64,000 nucleotides of DNA from NCBI GenBank assembly GCA_038870635.1, contig JAVZJR010000001.1, forward strand, positions 116,740 to 180,739. Direction: 5' to 3'. This stretch comes from Candidatus Bilamarchaeaceae archaeon (lineage in GTDB: Archaea > Micrarchaeota > Micrarchaeia > Anstonellales > Bilamarchaeaceae). The notes under the pieces were generated by a model that was given only the letters and a program-made list of their open reading frames with translations, was not told the DNA's origin and did no database searches. This document shows, piece after piece, positions 41,907 to 51,760 of this stretch. The position numbers were made by a program, and so were the translations under genes. Each line of letters begins with the position of its first letter. Position 1 is the first letter of the stretch.

Positions 41907-42272
41907 TTATTTTGGTGTGCATATGGTAAACTGAATATTTTGTGGGGTGCCCATTTCAAACCATATTTTTTCTAAGGTTATCTTATTTTCACTGCACGCA
42001 GGGCCACCACGACAGGAAGAAACACGAATTCCTTCCATATAAATACAAAAACCAGTAAGCGATTCCACTTCATCCATTCTTTGCTCAAGATAAGGTTGGT
42101 TTAAAGGATAGTATTCTAACGCTTTTGTTAAATAAAGAACGCGCCATACATCATTAGCAAGTTGATATTCATAGAGACTATAAGATGGTTTGGTATAATC
42201 AAGTTGGAGAAGTACGTAAGTAGCAAAAAAGAAAAAGAAAAGAAAAGAAAACGCGGCTTCAAGAGTTTGCAT
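41907..42272 (-). CDS. Type IV pilin-like protein
   Basis: MQTLEA followed by hydrophobic helix. Confidence 0.65.
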   Translation of the reverse strand: MQTLEAAFSFLFFFFFATYVLLQLDYTKPSYSLYEYQLANDVWRVLYLTKALEYYPLNQPYLEQRMDEVESLTGFCIYMEGIRVSSCRGGPACSENKITLEKIWFEMGTPQNIQFTICTPK

Positions 42273-42702
42273 AACTACCACACACATACAGTTTTTTTAT
42301 TTGATTTCCGCCTAAAGAATCAACTACAACTAATCTGTAAATACACATCTGGCTAGAAGATGAAGGAGTATCCAGAGATATTTGGATTTTTCTTATATTA
42401 GAATTTGAATTTTCTAAACCATTGTTAATTTGTAAAACTAAAAAAGGAATTTTTGATTCATCGATTAGATTTGGCTGCAGATTATCATTCGCGTCTTTAG
42501 TTGCAAGACCAATCTTAACTGCATAATCCGAAATGGCCACCAACGTGTTGAAAAGCTCTCGTTTCTGCAATGTATAAATAGAATCGCTAGATATAAGAGA
42601 CATTAACTGAAAAACAAGAACAACTAAAAAAAGCAAAGGCATTATACTGAACATGGCATCATAAGAAAGAAATGCACGTTTACACGAAACTTTTTTTACC
42701 AT
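42259..42702 (-). CDS. Type IV pilin-like protein (class III signal)
   Basis: KRA/FLSYDA + hydrophobic helix. Confidence 0.7.
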   Translation of the reverse strand: MVKKVSCKRAFLSYDAMFSIMPLLFLVVLVFQLMSLISSDSIYTLQKRELFNTLVAISDYAVKIGLATKDANDNLQPNLIDESKIPFLVLQINNGLENSNSNIRKIQISLDTPSSSSQMCIYRLVVVDSLGGNQIKKLYVCGSYANS

Positions 42703-43033
42703 AAGGATAACACCCTAAAGTAATTGCTGAAAAATTACCAACTTCTGTGAGAGCACCGTACCGATCTTTAATTTTTATTCTAACTAACCAATTTTCTAAA
42801 CTAAAATAATAGTCGCTGCTTGTTTTTATTGCTGAAGAAGGGGGGTCAACATCCCCATTACACATAATAGAAAAAGTAAGAAGATCGTTTTCTAATGCTG
42901 CTCTAGAACGAAGCGCTTTGTTTTTTTCCTCAACTAAAGTATAAGAGTAAAGAAGAGACTGAGCAATTATCATTATTGCTATTATGGTAAATGAAAACAA
43001 CATCATCATTTCTAGGGTAGCCTGAGCTTTCAT
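42680..43033 (-). CDS. Type IV pilin-like protein (class III signal)
   Basis: MKA/QATLE + hydrophobic helix. Confidence 0.75.
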   Translation of the reverse strand: MKAQATLEMMMLFSFTIIAIMIIAQSLLYSYTLVEEKNKALRSRAALENDLLTFSIMCNGDVDPPSSAIKTSSDYYFSLENWLVRIKIKDRYGALTEVGNFSAITLGCYPYGKKSFV

Positions 43034-43683
43034 GTCATTTCCACCACTTTTTGAGGAATTTGAAAAACTAAATCCTCAAAACCTTGACGGCTTATTGTCA
43101 CGATTATAACACCATCTGTTAGATAAAAGCGTGGTACTATTCCTGCAATTTTCTCAAATTGATTGAGAGATGAAGAACTAGTTTTGTAAGAATTAATAAA
43201 ATCATCGAACTCATTAAGATCTATACCGTCTGCCAAAACAACATAATTATAGTTTATCAGGGTTTGAGATTGTGGGCAAGGTGTCATACACTTCTGTTGA
43301 ATAAGTGGTTCATAATCCGACCTTATTAAAACTTTGATAAGTGCTCCATCTAGTCTTTGATTATCTAGTGCCTTTATTTTATCTACTGCTTTTTCATTTA
43401 TCCTTATTTTTAAGCAATCAATGTTAGGTGGTGATGGTGCCTCTGGTCTTGAGGCAACACATGTTGTTACATATTCTGTAGCATAATTAATAATACCTTC
43501 AACAGCACCTTCGCGTGCAGCCTCAAAAATTGCTTCCTTAACATTCATTTCATGCTGGTAATAACTCTCCACCCATATAGAGCGTCCCATATTAGAATAC
43601 TTTGACGTTACATTAAATTGCGCAAGAGAAAGAATAAGCAAACATGCAGCAAAGACAATAACAAAGGTAAGATAACCTCGCAT
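43030..43683 (-). CDS. Type IV pilin-like protein (class III signal)
   Basis: MRG/YLTF + hydrophobic helix. Confidence 0.65.
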   Translation of the reverse strand: MRGYLTFVIVFAACLLILSLAQFNVTSKYSNMGRSIWVESYYQHEMNVKEAIFEAAREGAVEGIINYATEYVTTCVASRPEAPSPPNIDCLKIRINEKAVDKIKALDNQRLDGALIKVLIRSDYEPLIQQKCMTPCPQSQTLINYNYVVLADGIDLNEFDDFINSYKTSSSSLNQFEKIAGIVPRFYLTDGVIIVTISRQGFEDLVFQIPQKVVEMT

Positions 43684-43692
43684 AAGTATTAT

Positions 43693-43875
43693 TTATTTTA
43701 CTCTAATGGCGTATGCGCCTATGGTATTTATGGAAGCAATTTTAGCTATTTCAGAATGTTCTGGATCAAGAACAATTATCATACCCGCGAATTGTTCTGA
43801 AAGCTCGCCCCCACACTTTGGACAGTTTTTCTCTGTGCCCATAATTACCATGTGGCAATTTTTACATGCTTTCAT
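43693..43875 (-). CDS. spt4: Transcription elongation factor Spt4 (RpoE'')
   Basis: ACKNC..CPKCG, G.IIVLDPE.SEIA, YAIRV; follows rpoE1. Confidence 0.95.
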   Translation of the reverse strand: MKACKNCHMVIMGTEKNCPKCGGELSEQFAGMIIVLDPEHSEIAKIASINTIGAYAIRVK

Positions 43876-44462
43876 TTTTTCTCCTCCTTACTTTCTGTCT
43901 TTTTTGATTTCTCTTCTGTTTTCTTCTCCTCTTTTTCTACCCAGGATAGCAAACCAAGACCATCAGGCCTCATGGTTAAACCTATCTTAGTGTCTGCGCT
44001 TGTAGTTTTGAGGCTAACTGTAGAAACTTTTACTAACGCTAAATCACCTTTCTTTACTGTTTTCTTTGCAGCTTTTGCGCTCAATGTTTTTGCTTTTTTG
44101 TCATAGAAGAATTTATCTTTTCCAATTTGAGATATGTGTATAAGACCTTGGAATGGACCAAACGAAGCGAAAGCTCCAAATTCCACTATATCTTTTATCT
44201 CTGCTAAGAAAACTTCATTGACAAAGGGTATAAAAGAAAGTGATTTGAATTTAACTGAGTAATACGCACCGGCATCTCCAGGTATAACAACACCCTCACC
44301 AATTATTTCTGGTTCAAAAATAGATAGGACAATACCTACCTCTTTGAATATTCTTCCTTCATATCGCTCTCTAAGGATACGTAAAGCCGCATCTTCTATT
44401 TTGCTACCAAACATTGTTGGAGGTATTCTTACCTTATCTTCTATAAGATTTATATAATACAT
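43872..44462 (-). CDS. rpoE1: RNA polymerase subunit Rpo7 (E')
   Basis: VRIPP, PGDAG, FGAF, GLIHISQI, IGLTMR.DGLG. Confidence 0.96.
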   Translation of the reverse strand: MYYINLIEDKVRIPPTMFGSKIEDAALRILRERYEGRIFKEVGIVLSIFEPEIIGEGVVIPGDAGAYYSVKFKSLSFIPFVNEVFLAEIKDIVEFGAFASFGPFQGLIHISQIGKDKFFYDKKAKTLSAKAAKKTVKKGDLALVKVSTVSLKTTSADTKIGLTMRPDGLGLLSWVEKEEKKTEEKSKKTESKEEKK

Positions 44463-44515
44463 AAAACACCCCTTAGGAATAGCAATTATTGTTCTCTCAT
44501 TTCATTTTTAAACCT

Positions 44516-45667
44516 TCACTTATGCATTACCTCTGCAATTTTATCAAATGCTAAATTAAGTTCTTCAATTGAAGGAAGAAAAACTAATCTGAAATAAATC
44601 CCTTCCATAGGGCCAGAAGCACTCCCGGGCACTACTACAACACCCTTTCTCAACAACTCTCTTACAAACTCCCAATCATTTTTCCATTTTTTCTTTTGAA
44701 CTTTTATGAAAGCATAAAAAGCTCCACCTGGCCGAACAGCATAAAGACCTTCTATTTCACTTACCCTCTTCATCACTACATCAAGTCTCTTTTTTAACTC
44801 GTTGTTAAAGGATTCTATGTGGTTAAGCCCTCCACGTAATGCTGCAATATAGCCTTTTTGCATCTCCCAATTAACAGAGAGACGCTGATTACATAAGCGC
44901 TGCACTGCATTCTTAACATTATCCCATTCATCGCCATGAAAAGCGAGATAACCAACTCTTGCACCAGGATATAGATAATTTTTTGAAAGACTATTCCCAG
45001 AAACTAACGGTACGTCCTTATGAATTTTTCTTAGATTAACGTAGTCATCTCCAAAAACGATGTGCTCGTATGCATCATCAGAAATTATAGGCAAACCAAA
45101 CTCGCCAGCAATATTTACTATTCCTTCTAATGTTTTCCTTGAATAGACTTTTCCTGTCGGATTATTCGGGTTTATCACTAATATGGCGCGTGTGTATTTT
45201 GTTATCTTTTTTCGCATATCATCAAGATCAGGCTCATAGAATCCATCACAATTGTAAAATTCTAAAGGACCATATGCCAACCTTTGCTTTGTTAAATAAA
45301 GCGGATAGGATGGTAAAGGCAGGAGAATATTTCTTCCTGGATCAACCAATGCATTAAAAAGAAAATCAATACCTTCACTAAGACCAGATGTTACAAAAAC
45401 ATCTTGTGGAGAAACGCCTTCGTATTTTGCGATTTCTTCCCTAAGTTCAGGGTCTCCCTCACTTGGTGCATAACCGTGGTAGTTTTTTTGTAAAGCCTCA
45501 CTAACCGCATCTACAATGTGTTGCGGTGGCCTAAAACCATAAGGAGCCGGATCGCCGATATTAAGATAGAGCATCTTTGTGCCGGCTTTTTCAAGTTTCT
45601 TTGCTTCCACAACGATATCACGAATTGGATAAGTAACTAAATCGCTACGGCTGGAAGCCGAAATCAA
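44516..45667 (-). CDS. Class I/II PLP aminotransferase (alanine aminotransferase-like)
   Basis: LNIGDP, NPNNPTG, DDAY, SLSK, PGARVG. Confidence 0.92.
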   Translation of the reverse strand: MISASSRSDLVTYPIRDIVVEAKKLEKAGTKMLYLNIGDPAPYGFRPPQHIVDAVSEALQKNYHGYAPSEGDPELREEIAKYEGVSPQDVFVTSGLSEGIDFLFNALVDPGRNILLPLPSYPLYLTKQRLAYGPLEFYNCDGFYEPDLDDMRKKITKYTRAILVINPNNPTGKVYSRKTLEGIVNIAGEFGLPIISDDAYEHIVFGDDYVNLRKIHKDVPLVSGNSLSKNYLYPGARVGYLAFHGDEWDNVKNAVQRLCNQRLSVNWEMQKGYIAALRGGLNHIESFNNELKKRLDVVMKRVSEIEGLYAVRPGGAFYAFIKVQKKKWKNDWEFVRELLRKGVVVVPGSASGPMEGIYFRLVFLPSIEELNLAFDKIAEVMHK

Positions 45668-45679
45668 AAAACCACCAAT

Positions 45680-46075
45680 TCACTTAACACCAAGTATTTC
45701 TTTGGCAAGTTTGAAGTGTTCGTCAGAAGGCTTTATAGCCACCTCTGTAAAGTCTGCTTTTCTACTTACTATATAAAGGCTCTCCAAGTTAACGCCACGG
45801 TTGGCAAGCTTCCTTGTTATTTTACCGAGCTCGCCAGGCCGATTTATCATATTAACAACAATAACCTCTGCCTCTAATGTTTTTTTAACTGCTGGAACTT
45901 TGCTAACAACCTTTAAAGCAGTAGCAGGATCAGTTGTGATTATTCTAAAAACTGCATCACCATCTTTTCCATACGCAGAAATAGCTTCTATATTTACGCC
46001 CACAGAACCAAGCGCTTCTGCGACTTGTGCTAACGCACCAACCTCGTTTTTAGCTATTATAGTAACCTCTTTCAT
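45680..46075 (-). CDS. Tandem ACT-domain protein
   Basis: NEVGALA...GVNIE and NRPGEL...GVNLE. Confidence 0.85.
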   Translation of the reverse strand: MKEVTIIAKNEVGALAQVAEALGSVGVNIEAISAYGKDGDAVFRIITTDPATALKVVSKVPAVKKTLEAEVIVVNMINRPGELGKITRKLANRGVNLESLYIVSRKADFTEVAIKPSDEHFKLAKEILGVK

Positions 46076-46289
46076 AAGCCCACCTTACTTTAATTATTTT
46101 TATTATAGGTTTTTAAGTGTTTTCAAATAATCGCTCAAAAAACACAGAAAATCATAATCAAACAATATTTAAAAGCTTTTTGTTGCTAAATATATTCCGT
46201 TATGTTTTTTGGCGGGTTTCTTTTGATTTTTTACTTTCTGCTGCGTTCGATAGACCGAGTATTTATTAAATTAATATAAAGGTGAAAAA

Positions 46290-48062
46290 ATGAAAAGAAT
46301 GGAATATGAAAATATAAAAAATAGAGATGGAAAAGAAAATGATAAAGAAAAAGAGTTTAAGAAGGTAGATGAAAAGGTCAAAAAAGGCTTTTTAAAGAAA
46401 ATCGGGACGACTATTTTTGTTACTCTAGGAATTGTTACGGCAATAGCTCGATGTGGAGCTGAAGAAGAATCTCCGCCAGTGTATAATATCACTCCAAGAG
46501 ATGCAGTAGTAAGCGAAGTAGGCAGCGATAGTTATGTAGATGTAACAGATATCATCAAAGATGCAAAAATTGATGGAGGGGACGCAGGTTTAGAAGATAG
46601 TGTAGATGGTAATGATGAAGTTGGTGTAGACGAAGAAGCCAAACCGCAAATGTGTAATGCACTTAATGCAGAGAAGCAAATATCAAGAACAGAAGGCGAG
46701 CTATTTATAATAAAAACTGAAGGAGGAAGTAAGTATACTGTAGAAATAATTGCAATTAATCCAGAAAAAAAAGGAGAAGATGCTAACATAGAACAACCAG
46801 CTTTCATAACAGTATGGGTTTATGACAAGAATGGCAATAAGAAAATATTAGATGATATAAAAGAAATGGAATCAAAAGATGTGGTGCTTATAGAAAATAG
46901 CGAAGATGAAGAAACCAAAGAAGTAAAACTTAACATTACTGTCTGCAAAGTTAGAAAAGTTGGTGACAAATATTATGCGACACTTGAAACCAGCACTGGA
47001 AGCTTGGAAGTTCCTGAAAAAGTAGATGATGCCGGCGTGGAATTTGAAGATGACGCAGGCGTAAGGGACGATGGTTTTGCTGATGTAGTTAATGATGCCA
47101 ACTTTGTTGATTCTAATGAAAATACTAGCGATGTAATATCAGATGCTGAAGGTGAAGGCGAAGTTATTGTGGATGCTGAAGGAGATGCACTAAGCGATGC
47201 AGGAAATGATATAAGCGAAGATGCAGACAATAGCGATGCACAAGTGGAAGATACTAGCGATGTAATATTGGATGCTGAAGGAGATGCACTAAGCGATGCA
47301 GGAAATGATATAAGCGAAGATGCAGACAATAGCGATGCACAAGTGGAAGATACTAGCGATGTAATATTGGATGCTGGAGAAGATATAGCAAGCGATACAC
47401 AAGTAGGGGACACACAAGGACAGGATACTTGCGAATGGAAAGAATCATGTAGCTCTTCTCAACCAAAATCTTCAAAATTATTCTCCGTAAATGGTGAAGA
47501 AATAAAAGAAGAAGTAACTGGAGAGTATTGCGATATCACGAATGAAGATTGCAGCACAGCAACAGTATTAAAAACTCTTAATTTGAACTTTTCTAGACCC
47601 CTCACGCCAGATGAGCAAAATGTTTTTACAAACCAGTTAGTAGAAAGCAGCATAGGGGTAATAACAAACCTATCCCCAGCTAATATAACTTTTGGTGAAG
47701 AAGTAGCATACAATACAAAATTCAAAGCAGACGATGTTTTAGAAGGAGTAAGATGTTTAACAATCAATGAAAGCAACGGTGTAACGACGGTATGGGTCAG
47801 TTATAATGGCAGGTTATATCAAGCAAAAAGTAACGAGGATGTGGTTAAGCTCGGTGATTCTAACCTCTATTTAAAAGTCTATAGTGGTGGAAACCCTACT
47901 GAAGGCGTACCTGTCGCTCTTCTTAAAAATGTTCAACAACTATCAAATGACGATGTTGCTAAACTTAATAACATGGAATACACTGTAAAAATAAAAAATG
48001 ATGAAAAGAATGGTAAACCAAATGATATAACTGGAATAGAATTCACTCTAAAACAAAACTAA
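46290..48062 (+). CDS. Acidic membrane-anchored/lipoprotein-like surface protein with Asp-rich repeat stalk
   Basis: N-terminal TM ending TAIARC; D/E-rich DAG-type repeats. Confidence 0.75.
   Translation: MKRMEYENIKNRDGKENDKEKEFKKVDEKVKKGFLKKIGTTIFVTLGIVTAIARCGAEEESPPVYNITPRDAVVSEVGSDSYVDVTDIIKDAKIDGGDAGLEDSVDGNDEVGVDEEAKPQMCNALNAEKQISRTEGELFIIKTEGGSKYTVEIIAINPEKKGEDANIEQPAFITVWVYDKNGNKKILDDIKEMESKDVVLIENSEDEETKEVKLNITVCKVRKVGDKYYATLETSTGSLEVPEKVDDAGVEFEDDAGVRDDGFADVVNDANFVDSNENTSDVISDAEGEGEVIVDAEGDALSDAGNDISEDADNSDAQVEDTSDVILDAEGDALSDAGNDISEDADNSDAQVEDTSDVILDAGEDIASDTQVGDTQGQDTCEWKESCSSSQPKSSKLFSVNGEEIKEEVTGEYCDITNEDCSTATVLKTLNLNFSRPLTPDEQNVFTNQLVESSIGVITNLSPANITFGEEVAYNTKFKADDVLEGVRCLTINESNGVTTVWVSYNGRLYQAKSNEDVVKLGDSNLYLKVYSGGNPTEGVPVALLKNVQQLSNDDVAKLNNMEYTVKIKNDEKNGKPNDITGIEFTLKQN
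47170..47376 (+). repeat. 99-bp in-frame tandem repeat (about 2.1 copies)
   Basis: tggatgctgaaggagatgcac... starts at 47170 and 47269, with partial copy at 47368. Confidence 0.9.
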
Positions 48063-48206
48063 ATTTTTTCTTTTTTATAATTTTATTTTTAGATTCTTTA
48101 TTTCTTTTAAGTTGGTGCTGGTTAAAAACTAATTCAAATTTTTAGAATTCTTAAATACGATAAGGGGCTTTAAGTAACGACTTAAGTATTAAAAAATAGA
48201 AAAAAA

Positions 48207-50018
48207 TTAATGACAGTTAGCTGGCAGAGGTTGTGAAGGATCGCAATAGAGCAAAGTATGTGAAGTTGCTGCATTATTTGCTTTATCGTAAGTAGTAAAT
48301 CCATATATATAAACATCAGCTGGGTTGATTTCGTCAACAAATTGATAGAAAATACTCCCATTTTCAAGTATTACAGCATAGTTAGTTTTAATCTTTCCTT
48401 CGCTCATTGCCATTCTATCAATGTTGTAGCTGTAAACACCAGAAACAGAATCTGCTGTTGGTAACCAAACAATCATAACATAAGTGTGGGTTGTGCCATT
48501 TATCTCTTTGCTATATATCAACGTATTAGTTTCTGGATTAGAAGTATCAACAGGTTCAGGAGGAGTGCCATCATATATTATGCGTGCTTCGCTCGTAACA
48601 ATTTTACCTTGGTTATTTTTGCATTCGATCATTACCAACCTATCTCCATCTCCGCCCAATGGTCCAAGTAATTCTATTTCCTTAAGTGAAGTGTAAGCGC
48701 TCCAATCAGACCAAACTGGCTCTGGCACCCATGGAATAGTCATATAACGACATTGAGTAACGCCTTGCGCAACTAAATTTAAATTTAGCTTATAACTATT
48801 TGTGAAACCAGAAACTAAGTAAGAACCACGAGGTGGACTTAAAACAGCACTTTTTATTTGAGGAACAACATAGTTGCTTCCTCCACCAGATGAGCCGCCA
48901 CTGCTATCATCTATTTTTTTCTTAACATACTCTATACTATCTTCAGCTTGTCCTATCAAAACATCGTCTTTGTCTTTACATTCATAATAAATTGTTATAG
49001 TTTGTGATTCTGAAACTTTTGAAGTCCAACTCTTATAGTTGGTATAGGGTTCGTATGAGGTCCATGGTTCCGCTCCCTCTTTATATCTACAAAGATAAGC
49101 ATCATCTGCGTAAAGAGTAAGTGTTAGATACCTGCTATTTGTTTCTGCAGCTCCATTATTTATCAATATAGATATCTTTCTATTTTTGTTAGTTATTTTT
49201 GTTTCTTCTTTTTTATTTTCTTTTGTTATTGTTATTTCCTTGTTTTCTGATGCAATGTTGCCGGCTGCATCAACACAAACAACATCAATTTTATGCGTAC
49301 CTTCTGTTAGAACAAAATAATTGGAATAAATACCTGAAAAACTATCCTTCTCTTCTCCATCAAGTAGTAACTTACAATTTAAGCCATAAGGATTTTTATC
49401 AGTAGCTTTTACATTAAGTGATACTTGTTCCTCGTTTTGTTTTAAAACTTCAATTGAAACAACAGGTGGGGTTTTATCTAAGAATATCTTTGCAAATACA
49501 GAATCAGATACGCCACCATTATTTTTACATTGATAGTAAACTGTTTTATCTCCATCTTCAGGAGAGAGTTTCCATTTAGCTTGAGGTGCATAAGACAACC
49601 ATTCACTCCACGACACACCGTCGTTTGACAGTCTGCATTTCTCAGCATTTTTTGCGTATAGATAAAGGGTAACCTCATCTTTATTTGTTGTAGTGAGACC
49701 ATTCTCTATGTTCAAGGAGAGCAAACTTGGTTTTTTTGGTAGAGGTGGAGCGGATGTAGTTTCTACTGATTTTGGTTTTTCTAATGATAAAGAGACTTCC
49801 TTAAAAATATCAAAATTAAGCAAGGCTGGTAAAACAAAAAAAGCCCCAACTAAACCAAGCACTATTAGTGCTACAATTGCAATAATAAAAAAGTTTTTTC
49901 CTCTCGCGGCTGCTTCTTCATCCGGTGCTGATGGGGCTGGTTCAGTAGAATCATCCCATTCTTTACCAACTATGATATCTTCTTCAATACTAACATCTTC
50001 AATCCGTTTCTTTTTCAT
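48207..50018 (-). CDS. Membrane-anchored surface protein with repeated Ig-like beta domains
   Basis: Single TM; three 'IxNG...L.LYA...CR...WS.W..Y...ECK' units; DKTPP/DGTPP linkers. Confidence 0.8.
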   Translation of the reverse strand: MKKKRIEDVSIEEDIIVGKEWDDSTEPAPSAPDEEAAARGKNFFIIAIVALIVLGLVGAFFVLPALLNFDIFKEVSLSLEKPKSVETTSAPPLPKKPSLLSLNIENGLTTTNKDEVTLYLYAKNAEKCRLSNDGVSWSEWLSYAPQAKWKLSPEDGDKTVYYQCKNNGGVSDSVFAKIFLDKTPPVVSIEVLKQNEEQVSLNVKATDKNPYGLNCKLLLDGEEKDSFSGIYSNYFVLTEGTHKIDVVCVDAAGNIASENKEITITKENKKEETKITNKNRKISILINNGAAETNSRYLTLTLYADDAYLCRYKEGAEPWTSYEPYTNYKSWTSKVSESQTITIYYECKDKDDVLIGQAEDSIEYVKKKIDDSSGGSSGGGSNYVVPQIKSAVLSPPRGSYLVSGFTNSYKLNLNLVAQGVTQCRYMTIPWVPEPVWSDWSAYTSLKEIELLGPLGGDGDRLVMIECKNNQGKIVTSEARIIYDGTPPEPVDTSNPETNTLIYSKEINGTTHTYVMIVWLPTADSVSGVYSYNIDRMAMSEGKIKTNYAVILENGSIFYQFVDEINPADVYIYGFTTYDKANNAATSHTLLYCDPSQPLPANCH

Positions 50019-50155
50019 TCTCCCACCAAAAAATAAATAGTTACGACATTATTAGTGTAGCAAAGTGTTTTTAAATATAAACGTTTTATACATAAAATAA
50101 ACACTTTTAAGAAGCAGATATTTAAATTATCACGTTTAAATAGAGTTGTGGTTTT

Positions 50156-50665
50156 ATGAATATTGGAAGAGGATTTAAGGTAGCGATGATGCCAATAGCA
50201 GGCATTTTACTTTTGGCTGTAATAAGCGGGCTTTCTTCCCTATTTATGCTTATCCCTGGGATAAATTTCTGTTTGGGTATTTTGCAATGCTTGTTCTTTC
50301 CATTAACATTATTGCTAAATATAGTGCTTTTCATCTATGCTGGCTATTTAATAGCAAAAAGCGGTATGGAAATGGTTGACGCTGCTGCGGTAGGTGGCGT
50401 AACCGGCGTGCTCGCAGTTATAATCAGCACTTTTTTCAGCGTAATCGCTAACCTCATAACTACTACTTTTGGTTTAGCTGTTACAACCGCTGCTACAACA
50501 TTAGGTAAAAACAACAATGTACTAACCACAATTTTCAATATAGGCGCAGCCGGTGCAAACATAGTAATGCAGTTAGCATGTTTCATAGGTTTTGTAATAG
50601 TGGCAGCGATTATAGGGGCAGCCCTTGCAGCGATAGGTGCATTAATAGCAGGAACAAAAAAATAA
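50156..50665 (+). CDS. Small multi-pass membrane protein
   Basis: About four Gly/Ala-rich hydrophobic helices. Confidence 0.75.
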   Translation: MNIGRGFKVAMMPIAGILLLAVISGLSSLFMLIPGINFCLGILQCLFFPLTLLLNIVLFIYAGYLIAKSGMEMVDAAAVGGVTGVLAVIISTFFSVIANLITTTFGLAVTTAATTLGKNNNVLTTIFNIGAAGANIVMQLACFIGFVIVAAIIGAALAAIGALIAGTKK

Positions 50666-50670
50666 TTTTT

Positions 50671-51711
50671 TTATATTTTTTCTAATATGAATATTTCTCC
50701 GTCAGTTAGATTATCTTTTTTTCTAAGTTGAGCAACTATCTCTTCTTTTGTTTTTTTAGAATTTTGAAGAAGAAACTCCAAAGCGTCTATTTTCTCGTAA
50801 AGATAAAATGAAACCTTATCGCTCTCTATTACTTTTGCGCTCTCAACTAATTTTATCTCTTTATCGAGTTCAGAAAATTTTTTATTTTCAAATAATTCCA
50901 TCCATCTTTTAGGAAGATTATCTGCGTCCACCCCGTCCAAAAAACCAAAAGTATTTAAAATAGACAAAAATTTAGATATTCTCTCTTTTTCCAATTTTTG
51001 CAAAGAAGGATTAAGCTGCGCCAAATTGATAACAGAACTAAACATATTATTTTTTGTTATCTTATAGATTTTTGTTTGTTCATCCTCAAAAAGAAAAGAG
51101 ATATTATTTTTTCTTCGAACTGATAATTCAGAAGTTTCTATTTTTATTGTTTCTTCTTTTTTGTTAAGATAATCTTGTGCGACATCTTCTAACAATGCTT
51201 GAGTAAAATTAAGTTCTTTACAATTGTGAGCTGCACAAAGTTCTGTTGCGGCCACGCCGTGAGGATTTATTTTACTTTGAGGTTTTAGTGTAAAATCAAC
51301 AGACCGATTGTTTTGAGATATAGAAACAGCAATCGCAAAATCTTCGAATACGACTTCAAAAAATTGACAGCCATTACAACTAAGTGTATGTTGGCCCAAC
51401 TTATTTATTTTGTCTTCATAACCTTTCTTTAAATCTTCAAAACACTTACTTGCAGTTCGCACTAAGATAAGAATACTATTCGCATCCCTTGCCCTATCGT
51501 TACTAAAACCACAATTGACACAAACCCCTGCGTTTTTTACTGCGCTTAATAATTTGTATTGTTCATTTGAGCTCGGAGGGGATTTTCTTAAATCCTCTAT
51601 GAGAAGGCTAAGATCTCTATTAAGTTTGCCGCTATTAGTACAATTATTAATACTGCAAAGACGATCGTACTTTTTTAACGCACGGTACGCAGCACGTTTC
51701 CAATCAACCAT
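50671..51711 (-). CDS. Hypothetical Cys-motif protein
   Basis: CVNC, CNGC, CAAHNC. Confidence 0.65.
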   Translation of the reverse strand: MVDWKRAAYRALKKYDRLCSINNCTNSGKLNRDLSLLIEDLRKSPPSSNEQYKLLSAVKNAGVCVNCGFSNDRARDANSILILVRTASKCFEDLKKGYEDKINKLGQHTLSCNGCQFFEVVFEDFAIAVSISQNNRSVDFTLKPQSKINPHGVAATELCAAHNCKELNFTQALLEDVAQDYLNKKEETIKIETSELSVRRKNNISFLFEDEQTKIYKITKNNMFSSVINLAQLNPSLQKLEKERISKFLSILNTFGFLDGVDADNLPKRWMELFENKKFSELDKEIKLVESAKVIESDKVSFYLYEKIDALEFLLQNSKKTKEEIVAQLRKKDNLTDGEIFILEKI

Positions 51712-51760
51712 ATTTATCTAAATGTGTAAAAAAGTTTAAAAATATGATTATAGCAAAAAA

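Noticed and set aside
46973..47413. Ser-rich repetitive minus-strand ORF
   Set aside because: Antisense shadow of the Asp-rich repeat gene; the many other short antisense ORFs in the track were rejected for the same reason
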